From the NCBI RefSeq assembly GCF_964030875.1, contig NZ_OZ034981.1, positions 256,649-288,648 of the forward strand: a DNA stretch of 32,000 nt, written 5' to 3'. Below are positions 19,310 through 27,864 of the stretch, one piece after another; positions within the stretch are counted from its first letter, which is position 1; every line of letters begins with the position of its first letter. Position numbers and translations under genes: made by a program. The notes beneath the pieces were generated by a model, which was not told the origin of the DNA, made no database searches, and worked only from the letters and a program-made list of their open reading frames with translations. This DNA is from Candidatus Saccharimonadota bacterium (GTDB lineage: Bacteria > Bacteroidota > Bacteroidia > Flavobacteriales > Blattabacteriaceae).

Positions 19310-20174
19310 TATATCCTTAGTTTTAAGCGAAAAATTTAAAACCGAAATTATTTCCTGTGACGCCAGAAAGTTCTATAAAGAACTAAAAATAGGAACAGCT
19401 ACTCCTGACGAAGAAGCACGTAGAAGAATCCCGCATCATTTTATTGGACATTTGAGTATTCATCAATATTATTCCGCTAGAGATTTTGAAATAGATGCAC
19501 TAAAAAAATTGGAAACACTTTTCGACCGTTATTCCGTAGTTATAATGGTAGGAGGCTCTGGATTTTATGAAAAGGCACTAACACAAGGATTAGACATATT
19601 TCCAGAAACCTCTCCTAAAATACGTAAAGATTTGATAACCTTCTTTAAGAAGGAAGGATTGATTCCATTACAAAAAGAACTTAAAAAAAAAGATCCAGTT
19701 TATTACCAAATGGTAGACAAAAATAATCATCAAAGAATTCTTCGTGCCTTGGAGATTATTCGGACTAGTTGTCTACCATTTTCTTCTTTCTTGTTTCATA
19801 AAAATAAGAAAAACCGTTTTTTTCGTACGATCAAAATAGGATTAAATTCACCACGTGAATTTCTTTACGAACGTATAAACCAACGTGTAAATGATATGAT
19901 GCAAAAAGGGCTTCTAGAAGAAGCACGGATTTATTTTCCTAATAAGGATTTAAATGCCTTAAAAACCGTAGGATATAGAGAATTGTTTTCTTATTTTGAG
20001 GGAAGACTTTCCTTAGAAAGAGCTATTGAAGAAATAAAGAAAAATACTCGTAATTATGCAAAAAGACAGCTAACATGGTATAGAAATGATCCAGAGGTTA
20101 CATGGTTTGAACCATATAATATAAATGAAATTTTGGCATATCTTAAAAAGATTATGACCTCAAAAAGTTTTTAG
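19257..20174 (+). CDS. miaA: tRNA dimethylallyltransferase
   Basis: 305-aa ORF with the P-loop GPTAIGKT and the MiaA blocks GGSGFY and QLTWYR. Confidence 0.92.
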   Translation: MKGTLITLIGPTAIGKTNISLVLSEKFKTEIISCDARKFYKELKIGTATPDEEARRRIPHHFIGHLSIHQYYSARDFEIDALKKLETLFDRYSVVIMVGGSGFYEKALTQGLDIFPETSPKIRKDLITFFKKEGLIPLQKELKKKDPVYYQMVDKNNHQRILRALEIIRTSCLPFSSFLFHKNKKNRFFRTIKIGLNSPREFLYERINQRVNDMMQKGLLEEARIYFPNKDLNALKTVGYRELFSYFEGRLSLERAIEEIKKNTRNYAKRQLTWYRNDPEVTWFEPYNINEILAYLKKIMTSKSF

Positions 20175-20240
20175 ATTTTCTGCCAAAGTGTATTATTTAT
20201 ACTATATGGTATAGCCTTTGCCCCCTTTCCTAATAAAATT

Positions 20241-22091
20241 ATGTCCATGGGAACTATTAACGTTACTGCGGAAAATATATTTCCAATTATTAAAAAATTT
20301 CTTTATTCCGATCATGAAATTTTTCTAAGAGAGCTAATTTCTAATGCTACGGATGCTACTCTTAAGCTTAGAGCTCTTGCCGAATTTGGAGAGATAGACC
20401 AACTTGGGAATCCTCAAATAGAGATAAAAATTAATAAAGAGAAAAACACACTACATATCCTGGATCAAGGAATAGGTCTGACAGAAGAAGAAATAGAAAA
20501 GTATATCAATCAAATTGCATTTTCTGGTGCTGAAGAGTTTCTTAATAAGTACAAAAATAAAACTGATACAACTCACGGAATGATTGGACATTTTGGGTTA
20601 GGATTTTATTCCTCCTTTATGGTATCTGATAAAGTGGAGATTTTTAGTAAATCGTACAAGAAAGAATTTCCAGCAGTTCATTGGAGTTGTGATGGTTCAC
20701 CTAAATTTTCACTTGAAATACAAGATAAAAAAGAACATGGTACCGAAATTGTTTTGCATATAAATGAAGATAGTAAGGAATTTCTTGAAGAGTACCGTAT
20801 TCTAGAATTACTTAATAAATACTGTAAATTTATGCCTATTCCGATAAAGTTTGGAGAACGTGAAACAACGGATAAAGAATCTACAATAGACAATATTATA
20901 AACGATCCGACTCCTGCCTGGACAAAACAACCTTCTACACTCGTAGAAGACGATTATAAGAAATTTTATAGAGTACTTTATCCCTCCCAGTTTGAAGATC
21001 CACTCTTTTGGATACATCTTAATATAGATCATCCCTTCCATTTAACAGGAATTCTTTTTTTTCCTAAACTAAAAAATCATATAGAAATACAAAAAGATAA
21101 AATTCAACTTTATCAAAATCAGGTCTTTGTTACTGATAATGTAGAAAATATCGTTCCAGAATTTCTTCATTTACTTCGAGGTGTGATTGATTCTCCGGAC
21201 ATTCCTCTCAATGTTTCCCGTTCTTATTTGCAATACGATGCATCTGTAAAAAAAATCTCTGGATATATTACTAGAAAAGTAGCTGATAAGCTAGAAAGTA
21301 TTTTTAAAAATGACAGAAAAGATTTTGAAATAAAATGGGAATATATAAAAATAATCATCGAGTATGGTATGCTTAGCGAGGCTAAATTTTTTGATAGAGT
21401 AAAACAAATCGCTCTGTATCCTAATACAGAAGGGATTTTCTATACTTTTGACGAATTTACAGAAAAGATAAAAGAAATACAGACAGATAAAAATGGAAAA
21501 TGTATTTATCTGTACGCTTATAACAAAGAAGCTCAACATAGTTCTATTCAATCGGCTAAAGAAAAAGGTTATGAGGTAATACTTTTAGATAGTCCACTTG
21601 CTCCTCATCTTATACAAAAACTTGAGGAAGAATACAAGGATGTCTCTTTTTCTAGAGTAGATTCTGATAATATTGATAATATTATTAAAAAAGAAGAAAA
21701 CAGAATTTCCAAATTATCTGAAAATGATAAAAACGAACTAAAAAAACTATTAGAAAGTAATATAGATAAGCATCAATTTACTATCAATTTAGAAAATTTA
21801 AACAGTAAGGTTTCTCCTTTTATAATTACTATTCCTGAGTTAATGCGACGTATGAAAGAGATTAGGCAAATGAGTGGAAGGGGAATGTTAGGAATCCCTG
21901 AAGGATATAATTTAGTTGTTAATATAAACCACGAATTAATACAAAGAATTTTGTCTGAATCAGACGAAGTAAGAAAAAAACAACTTATAGAAAAATCTAT
22001 GGAATTAGCTCTGATTTCTCAGAACCTTTTACACGGAGAACGTCTTAGTCAATTCGTTTCACGTTCTTTTAACGAGTTGATAGAAAAATAA
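20241..22091 (+). CDS. htpG: molecular chaperone HtpG (HSP90 family)
   Basis: 616-aa ORF with ELISNATDA, IGHFGLGFYS and LLRGVIDSPDIPLNVSR. Confidence 0.95.
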   Translation: MSMGTINVTAENIFPIIKKFLYSDHEIFLRELISNATDATLKLRALAEFGEIDQLGNPQIEIKINKEKNTLHILDQGIGLTEEEIEKYINQIAFSGAEEFLNKYKNKTDTTHGMIGHFGLGFYSSFMVSDKVEIFSKSYKKEFPAVHWSCDGSPKFSLEIQDKKEHGTEIVLHINEDSKEFLEEYRILELLNKYCKFMPIPIKFGERETTDKESTIDNIINDPTPAWTKQPSTLVEDDYKKFYRVLYPSQFEDPLFWIHLNIDHPFHLTGILFFPKLKNHIEIQKDKIQLYQNQVFVTDNVENIVPEFLHLLRGVIDSPDIPLNVSRSYLQYDASVKKISGYITRKVADKLESIFKNDRKDFEIKWEYIKIIIEYGMLSEAKFFDRVKQIALYPNTEGIFYTFDEFTEKIKEIQTDKNGKCIYLYAYNKEAQHSSIQSAKEKGYEVILLDSPLAPHLIQKLEEEYKDVSFSRVDSDNIDNIIKKEENRISKLSENDKNELKKLLESNIDKHQFTINLENLNSKVSPFIITIPELMRRMKEIRQMSGRGMLGIPEGYNLVVNINHELIQRILSESDEVRKKQLIEKSMELALISQNLLHGERLSQFVSRSFNELIEK

Positions 22092-22161
22092 TGGATTTGT
22101 TCTTAAATTGACTGAATATTTCTAACGATATAAGCACATGCAAATTATTGCAGTTAATATT

Positions 22162-22317
22162 CTATCGTTTATATCTGACATTACTTACCGTCAGATTTTT
22201 CCTCCCTTTTGCACGTCTTCTAGACAATATTTTTCTTCCTCCTTTAGTTCCCATTCGTTTTATAAATCCGTGAACATTTCTCCTTTTTCTTCCCGATGGT
22301 TGATAAGTTCTTTTCAT
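22162..22317 (-). CDS. rpmH: 50S ribosomal protein L34
   Basis: My own minus-strand translation gives 51 aa: [51 protein letters not shown]. This is the classic L34 sequence. It is absent from the ORF track because it is short. Confidence 0.9.
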   Translation of the reverse strand: MKRTYQPSGRKRRNVHGFIKRMGTKGGRKILSRRRAKGRKNLTVSNVRYKR

Positions 22318-22495
22318 AATGTTTGTATTTTTTCGACTAAAATGTTGTTCTTTTTATTTTCAATATAAAAAGCATAGATTTTATGAGTCTTAATATATAA
22401 AATATTATATGGATTTTTTCTTGAAAAGGAAATATTTCCATCTTTAATTCATTAGGTAATGAAAGGGATCAGCTATTATTATAATAATTTCTTTT

Positions 22496-22580
22496 CTCCC
22501 TAGTAATCTCCCTAGTAATCTCCCTAGTAATCTCCCTAGTAATCTCCCTAGTAATCCTCCCTACTAATCTCCCTAGTCAG
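22496..22580. repeat. 12-bp tandem array, 5 perfect plus 2 degenerate copies (CTCCCTAGTAAT)
   Basis: Read directly. Perfect copies span 22496-22555, followed by CCTCCCTACTAAT and CTCCCTAGTCAG. Confidence 0.95.
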
Positions 22581-22634
22581 TTTAATATTCGTATTCGGTT
22601 ATTGGGTAAATAGGCAGATAAGAGTCCCAAAAAA

Positions 22635-22749
22635 TCCCGTCATAAGCAATATCCCCAAAATTCCCCGTCATAAGCAATATCCCCAAAATTCCCCGTCATA
22701 AGCAATATCCCCAAAATTCCCCGTCATAAGCAATATCCCCAAAATTCCC
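22635..22749. repeat. 28-bp tandem array, about 4 copies (CCCCGTCATAAGCAATATCCCCAAAATT)
   Basis: Read directly. Three perfect copies span 22663-22746, with one near-perfect copy before them and a partial copy after. Confidence 0.95.
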
Positions 22750-22859
22750 ACTAAAAGAAAGAAAAATAAACGTCTTGTAAAATTCATGGTTTAAAGCAAC
22801 AACGGGTCAGACATTTTAATTCGTGTATTCTTCTTAGGCAAATATTTAAGACGTTACCA

Positions 22860-23130
22860 TCTACGTAAAAAACACTTATTAAAGAAATTTTGTTTAATTG
22901 TACTTAACACAGGAAAGTTTTAACCCTGCACAAGAAAATCCAGGTTTTATATTTGTTCGTATCGATATTCCAGAAAAACCTAAAAAACCTAAAAGACCTA
23001 AAAGACCTGCTTGAAAATGGAGTGAACATGTATTGGCTGCATTAATAGTAGCTTATTTATATTATGGATGGGTCATCACTGCCTTTTCTTAAAGCGATTG
23101 AACAAGCAGGAATTATTACTGTATACGACA
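22860..23130 (+). pseudogene. lpxC: relic of lpxC (lpxC/fabZ) UDP-3-O-acyl-GlcNAc deacetylase, N-terminal third only
   Basis: Three conserved LpxC blocks appear in the correct order but in different frames: (LNTGK)F.NPAQENPGFIFVRIDI, WSEHVLAAL (TVEHLLAAL) and MDGSSLPFLKAIEQAGI (IMDGSSxPF). The rest of the gene is missing. Confidence 0.62.
22970..23008. repeat. 9-bp tandem array, about 4 copies (CCWAAAARA)
   Basis: CCAGAAAAA CCTAAAAAA CCTAAAAGA CCTAAAAGA CCT. It is in frame with the lpxC relic and reads PEK PKK PKR PKR P. Confidence 0.9.
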
Positions 23131-23253
23131 TCAATGGTACTAAACCTATGGCTCAAGCAGTAGGGAGCAGGAGGGAGGATTATTAGAATGCAAGGACATG
23201 GTTATAACAAATAGGCTTAAATTACTGCCCAAGTAATCAATAACGTATAAAAT

Positions 23254-23814
23254 ATGGCATATACTTCAGATATTAGAAAAGGTCTGTGCATTCGTTTTAA
23301 TAATAACGTGTATAAGATCATAGATTTTCTTCATGTAAAACCAGGTAAAGGACCAGCTTTCGTACGGACAAAACTTAGAAATTTTACAACCGGTAAAGTA
23401 TTTGATAAGACGTTCCCAGCAGGACATAAAATAGAAAAAGTATTCTTGGAATCACATAATTATCAGTTCCTTTACGAGGACAAAGATAGTTATCATTTTA
23501 TGAATACACAATGTTATAATCAAGTGCAACTGACTAAAAATTTCATTAGTAAAAAACAATTTTTAAAAGAAGGTATGGAAGTAACTATTACTTTCCAAAA
23601 ATATGATGAAACTCCCTTGAGTGTAGAAATACCTACCGAAAGTATTCTAAAAGTCATTTATACTGAACCAGGACTTAAAGGTGACACCGTTACCAATGCT
23701 AGAAAACTGGCTACTTTGGAAACCGGAGCTGTTATACAAGTTCCATTGTTTATTAAAACAGGTGATAACGTAAAAATAAATATTGAAAATGGTGTCTATA
23801 TAGAAAGAGTATAA
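23254..23814 (+). CDS. efp: elongation factor P
   Basis: 186-aa ORF with the N-terminal KPGKGPAFVRTKLRN loop and EF-P three-domain length. Confidence 0.95.
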   Translation: MAYTSDIRKGLCIRFNNNVYKIIDFLHVKPGKGPAFVRTKLRNFTTGKVFDKTFPAGHKIEKVFLESHNYQFLYEDKDSYHFMNTQCYNQVQLTKNFISKKQFLKEGMEVTITFQKYDETPLSVEIPTESILKVIYTEPGLKGDTVTNARKLATLETGAVIQVPLFIKTGDNVKINIENGVYIERV

Positions 23815-23843
23815 TATTTTAGAGTTTTATATGTTATTTCACT

Positions 23844-24746
23844 ATGAGTATACTCGTTAATAAAAATTCACGTGTTATTGTTCAGGGATTCACTGGTAAA
23901 GAAGGAACTTTTCATTCCCAGCAAATGATCAATTATGGGACATTGTTGGTTGGTGGAATTACACCGGGAAAAGGTGGGAATAAACACTTAAATATCCCGA
24001 TTTTTGATACTGTTGAACAATCAATTAAGGCTACTAGGGCGAATGTAAGTATCCTTTTTGTACCTCCTGCATTTGCCGCTGATGCAATAATGGAAGCAGC
24101 TGATGCTGAAATAGATCTTATCATATGCATTACGGAGGGGATTCCGATCTCTGATATGCTTAAGGTTAAGCAATATATTAAGCATCGAAATGCCCGTCTT
24201 ATTGGACCTAATTGTCCTGGCGTCATTACTTCAGAAGAATCTAAAGTAGGTATTATGCCTGGTTTTGTTTTTAAAAAGGGGGGAGTAGGTATTGTTTCTA
24301 AATCCGGAACTCTAACTTATGAAGCTGCATATCAAATAGTTAAATATGGATATGGTATTTCTACGGCTATAGGTATTGGAGGAGATCCCATTATCGGGAC
24401 AAACATGCGAGAAGTGATTTCTCTTTTTATGGAAGATTCGGAAACCGATGCTATTGTAATGATCGGAGAAATTGGAGGACAAATTGAAACCCAAGCCGCT
24501 CAATGGGTGAAGGAATCCATGAATAAAAAACCCATCATTGGTTTCATTGCCGGAAAAACTGCTCCAAAAGGTAGGACTATGGGGCATGCAGGTGCAATTG
24601 TCGGAGATAAAAACGAAACCGCTGAAATTAAGATTGATATTCTTAGAGATTGCGGAATCCATGTAGTGGAATCTCCAGCTGAAATAGGAGTAACCGTCGC
24701 AAAAGTTTTATCTTATAGAAGAAATAAAATCTCTAAATTTTTTTAA
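23844..24746 (+). CDS. sucD: succinyl-CoA synthetase, alpha subunit
   Basis: 300-aa ORF with VQGFTGKEGTFH, SKSGTLTYE and the phosphohistidine loop MGHAGAIV. Confidence 0.95.
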   Translation: MSILVNKNSRVIVQGFTGKEGTFHSQQMINYGTLLVGGITPGKGGNKHLNIPIFDTVEQSIKATRANVSILFVPPAFAADAIMEAADAEIDLIICITEGIPISDMLKVKQYIKHRNARLIGPNCPGVITSEESKVGIMPGFVFKKGGVGIVSKSGTLTYEAAYQIVKYGYGISTAIGIGGDPIIGTNMREVISLFMEDSETDAIVMIGEIGGQIETQAAQWVKESMNKKPIIGFIAGKTAPKGRTMGHAGAIVGDKNETAEIKIDILRDCGIHVVESPAEIGVTVAKVLSYRRNKISKFF

Positions 24747-24757
24747 AAACATTATTT

Positions 24758-25393
24758 ATGGCGTTATTAGTTGGAAAAAAGGCTCCTGATTTTAGAGTCA
24801 ATGCCGTAGTAAACGGTAAAGAAATTGTTAGTGATTTCACACTAGAACAGTTCCAATATAAAAAATATGTTCTTTTATTTTTTTATCCTAAAGATTTTAC
24901 GTTTGTATGTCCAACAGAATTACATGCTTTTCAGGAAAGATTAAAAGATTTCGAGTCTAGAAATGTGCAACTCATCGCTATTTCTACAGACACCGAGCAA
25001 TCTCATTGGGGCTGGCTACAACTTCCAAAAAGTAAGGGAGGGATACAGGGTATTACTTATCCAATTGTAGCCGATACAAATAAATATATTTCTTACAACT
25101 ATGGTGTATTAGCTGGAGAGTTGTATGTCAAAAATATACATAGTGTGTATACTAATGAAGAACTTATTGCCTATAGAGGTCTTTTTCTTATAGATAAAAA
25201 AGGAATTATCCGTCATCAGCTAGTGAATGATCTCTTTTTAGGTCGAAATGTAGAAGAATCTCTTCGTGTTGTTGATGCTTTGCAATACTTTGAAAGACAC
25301 GGAGAAGTGTGTCCGGCTAATTGGAAAAAAGGAAAAAAAGGAATAAAGGCAAATCATAACAGCATAGCTGAATATTTTACTAATAATATGTGA
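24758..25393 (+). CDS. ahpC: typical 2-Cys peroxiredoxin (AhpC/Tsa family)
   Basis: 211-aa ORF with the peroxidatic FTFVCPTE and resolving EVCPANW motifs. Confidence 0.9.
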   Translation: MALLVGKKAPDFRVNAVVNGKEIVSDFTLEQFQYKKYVLLFFYPKDFTFVCPTELHAFQERLKDFESRNVQLIAISTDTEQSHWGWLQLPKSKGGIQGITYPIVADTNKYISYNYGVLAGELYVKNIHSVYTNEELIAYRGLFLIDKKGIIRHQLVNDLFLGRNVEESLRVVDALQYFERHGEVCPANWKKGKKGIKANHNSIAEYFTNNM

Positions 25394-25401
25394 TCTCTGC
25401 G

Positions 25402-26688
25402 ATGAGAGTCGCTTTTTATACAATGGGATGCAAATTAAATTTTGCTGAAACTTCCACTATTTCTAGAACTTTTTTAATTCAAGGATATTCTGTTGTAAAA
25501 TTTGAAGAAAATGCTGATATCTATGTGATTAGTACTTGTTCGGTAACTAAAAAAGCGGAGAAAGAATTCATACATATTGTTAGAATGGCTTTAAAAAGGA
25601 ATCCAAAAGCCTTTATTATTGCCATAGGTTGCTATGCTCAACTAAATCCTGAAGAACTATCTCGTATTTCCGGGGTGGATTTAGTATTAGGAATAAATGA
25701 AAGATTCAAAATTACAGATTATCTTTATGATCTTTCTAAAAAAGAAAGAGGATATATTCATTCCTGTTCTCTCGGAACTACGTATATTGGTTCCTATTCG
25801 ATTGGAACTAGAACTCGAGCCTTTCTTAAGATCCAAGATGGATGTGATTATAAATGTAGTTATTGCACTATTCCATTAGCACGTGGAATCTCTCGCTCAG
25901 ATAGTTTGGAAAATGTTGTAAACAATGCTAAGGAAATCTCTCGTCATGGAGTGAAAGAAATTGTATTAACTGGAGTAAATATTGGAGAATTTGGTAATAA
26001 AACGCACCAAAATACTTTTTTAGAACTCATTGAATCACTAGATGGAATAAAAGAGATTGATCGGTTTCGTGTTTCTTCTATAGAACCCAACTTACTTCGC
26101 AATGAAATTATAGAATTTATAGCTCAAAGTAGGAAATTCGTTCCACATTTTCATGTTCCTCTACAATCAGGTAGTAATGATATTCTTCGAAAAATGCGAA
26201 GACGTTATCTTAGAGAGCTATATGCTGATAAGGTAGAAAAGATTAAGTTACTTCTCCCTCAAGCTAGTATAGGAACTGATGTAATCGTCGGATTTCCATA
26301 TGAAAGTGATAAACATTTCATAGAAAGTTTTCGCTTTTTAAGCGAAATAGATATATCATATCTTCATGTATTTACTTATTCTGAAAGGAAGCGTACGGAG
26401 GCTATCCAAATGGAAGGCATAGTTCCTAAAAATATTAGATATAAACGAAATCAAGTTCTTAAAGGTTTATCAGTTAAAAAACGGATACAATTTTACGAAA
26501 GCCAAATAGGAACCGAACATACCGTGCTTTTCGAAGATAAAAAAAAAGAAGGTTGCCTCTTCGGTTATACCGAAAATTATGTAAGAGTGAAAGCTCCATT
26601 AGGAGAAGCAATCCCCAATACTTTACAAAAAGTTCGTTTAAAGTCTATAGATAGAGACGGTATAATGTTAATGGAAAAAATTAGATAA
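25402..26688 (+). CDS. mtaB: tRNA methylthiotransferase, MtaB-like (radical SAM)
   Basis: N-terminal FYTMGCKLNFAE, radical-SAM CDYKCSYCTIP and a TRAM-like C-terminus. The ATG at 25402 is preferred over the GTG at 25390. Confidence 0.87.
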   Translation: MRVAFYTMGCKLNFAETSTISRTFLIQGYSVVKFEENADIYVISTCSVTKKAEKEFIHIVRMALKRNPKAFIIAIGCYAQLNPEELSRISGVDLVLGINERFKITDYLYDLSKKERGYIHSCSLGTTYIGSYSIGTRTRAFLKIQDGCDYKCSYCTIPLARGISRSDSLENVVNNAKEISRHGVKEIVLTGVNIGEFGNKTHQNTFLELIESLDGIKEIDRFRVSSIEPNLLRNEIIEFIAQSRKFVPHFHVPLQSGSNDILRKMRRRYLRELYADKVEKIKLLLPQASIGTDVIVGFPYESDKHFIESFRFLSEIDISYLHVFTYSERKRTEAIQMEGIVPKNIRYKRNQVLKGLSVKKRIQFYESQIGTEHTVLFEDKKKEGCLFGYTENYVRVKAPLGEAIPNTLQKVRLKSIDRDGIMLMEKIR

Positions 26689-26785
26689 AAATAAATATTC
26701 ATCAGACCATTAAAATGATTAATTACTATATTAGTAGCAATGATGTAATTATACATTTTTATGGAAGAGTTACCTTAAAATTATA

Positions 26786-26915
26786 ATGGTAGTAGAAAAG
26801 TTATGGGTAATATGGTAGTAGAAAAGTTATGGGTAATATGGTAGTAGAAAAGTTATGGGTAATATGGTAGTAGAAAAGTTATGGGTAATATGGTAGTAGA
26901 AAAGTTAGGGGTAAT
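26786..26915. repeat. 26-bp x5 tandem array built from the pfkA start codon and first 8 codons
   Basis: ATGGTAGTAGAAAAGTTATGGGTAAT occurs four times perfectly (26786-26889). The gene-proximal fifth copy (26890-26915) differs at one base (TTAGGG instead of TTATGG). Confidence 0.96.
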
Positions 26916-27861
26916 GACTTCAGGAGGTGATTCTCCTGGAATGAATGCTGCTATTCGCGCTGTGGTTCATACTGCTGCACAGTACGAAATACAATGTTTC
27001 GGTATTCGATTAGGATATAAAGGTCTCATTGAAGGAGATGTCCTAGAATTGGAAACTAAAGATGTTAGAAATATTATCCACCGGGGAGGAACTTTTCTAA
27101 AGACAGCTAGATCTTCTAAATTCAGAACTTTTGAGGGTCGTAAAAAAGCTTATGAAAACATTCAAAAATATAAAATGGAAGGGTTAATCATAATCGGTGG
27201 AGATGGGTCTTTTACTGGAGCTAAGGTATTCGGAAGTGAATATGATATTCCTATTATTGGGATACCTGGCACCATAGATAATGATATTTATGGAACAGAT
27301 TTTACTGTCGGTTATGATACTGCTTTAAACACTGTGGTAAATGTAATAGACAAAATTGTCGATACAGCGACATCTCATAATCGTTTATTTTTTATAGAGG
27401 TTATGGGTCGTGATTCTGGTTTTATTGCCCTTAACAGTGGAATTGCTACCGGTGCACTTGATATTCTCATTCCGGAGAAAGATTATACTCTTGATAAGTT
27501 ATTCTCCTCTGTAGAACGAGGAAGCAATCAAGGAAAATCATCTAGTATTATCGTAGTAGCAGAAGGTAAAAAGCTTGGAAGAGTATATGCTTTGGCCAAA
27601 GCTACACAAATAAAATACCCCTATTACGATATTCGAGTTTCTATTCTTGGACACGTTCAACGTGGAGGAAATCCTAGTTGTTATGATCGTGTGTTAGCTA
27701 GTAGATTTGGGGTAGAAGCAGTGGAGGCTCTGTTACATGGTAAAAGAGAAGTTATGATTGGTATTAGAAGCGGGAAAATTATTTTTACACCTTTTGGAGA
27801 GGCAATACAGAAACAAAAAGAAATCAATAAAGATCTCATTAAGATATTAGATGTTATATAG
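26890..27861 (+). CDS. pfkA: ATP-dependent 6-phosphofructokinase
   Basis: MTSGGDSPGMNA, IIGGDGS, PGTIDND, MGRDSG and GHVQRGG are all present. An in-frame ATG at 26881 (the track start) is an alternative start. Confidence 0.92.
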   Translation: MVVEKLGVMTSGGDSPGMNAAIRAVVHTAAQYEIQCFGIRLGYKGLIEGDVLELETKDVRNIIHRGGTFLKTARSSKFRTFEGRKKAYENIQKYKMEGLIIIGGDGSFTGAKVFGSEYDIPIIGIPGTIDNDIYGTDFTVGYDTALNTVVNVIDKIVDTATSHNRLFFIEVMGRDSGFIALNSGIATGALDILIPEKDYTLDKLFSSVERGSNQGKSSSIIVVAEGKKLGRVYALAKATQIKYPYYDIRVSILGHVQRGGNPSCYDRVLASRFGVEAVEALLHGKREVMIGIRSGKIIFTPFGEAIQKQKEINKDLIKILDVI

Positions 27862-27864
27862 GTT

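Larger units (their letters stand above)
22408..22780 (+). pseudogene. possible relic of lpxD (UDP-3-O-acylglucosamine N-acyltransferase)
   Basis: There is only weak ordered similarity to the LpxD N-terminal region (FFLKRKYF...KGSAIIIIISFLP versus the flavobacterial FLSNPKY...KASVTIVNKDFIP as I remember it), plus its position upstream of the lpxC relic. Stops occur in all frames. Confidence 0.3.

Noticed and set aside
22496-22749. Tandem arrays (also 26786-26915 and 30497-30573) as CRISPR arrays.
   Set aside because: The units are directly abutting with no unique spacers, unit sizes are 11-28 bp, and there are no cas genes. These are micro- or minisatellites, not CRISPR.
22670-22787. Minus-strand ORF starting at 22787 (MNFTRRLFFFLLVGILGILLMTGNFGDIAYDGEFWGYCL) as a small secreted or membrane protein.
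   Set aside because: Most of its length is generated by the out-of-frame 28-bp repeat, it terminates inside the array, and it lies in a region that otherwise reads as lpx relics on the plus strand. It is kept only as a remark.
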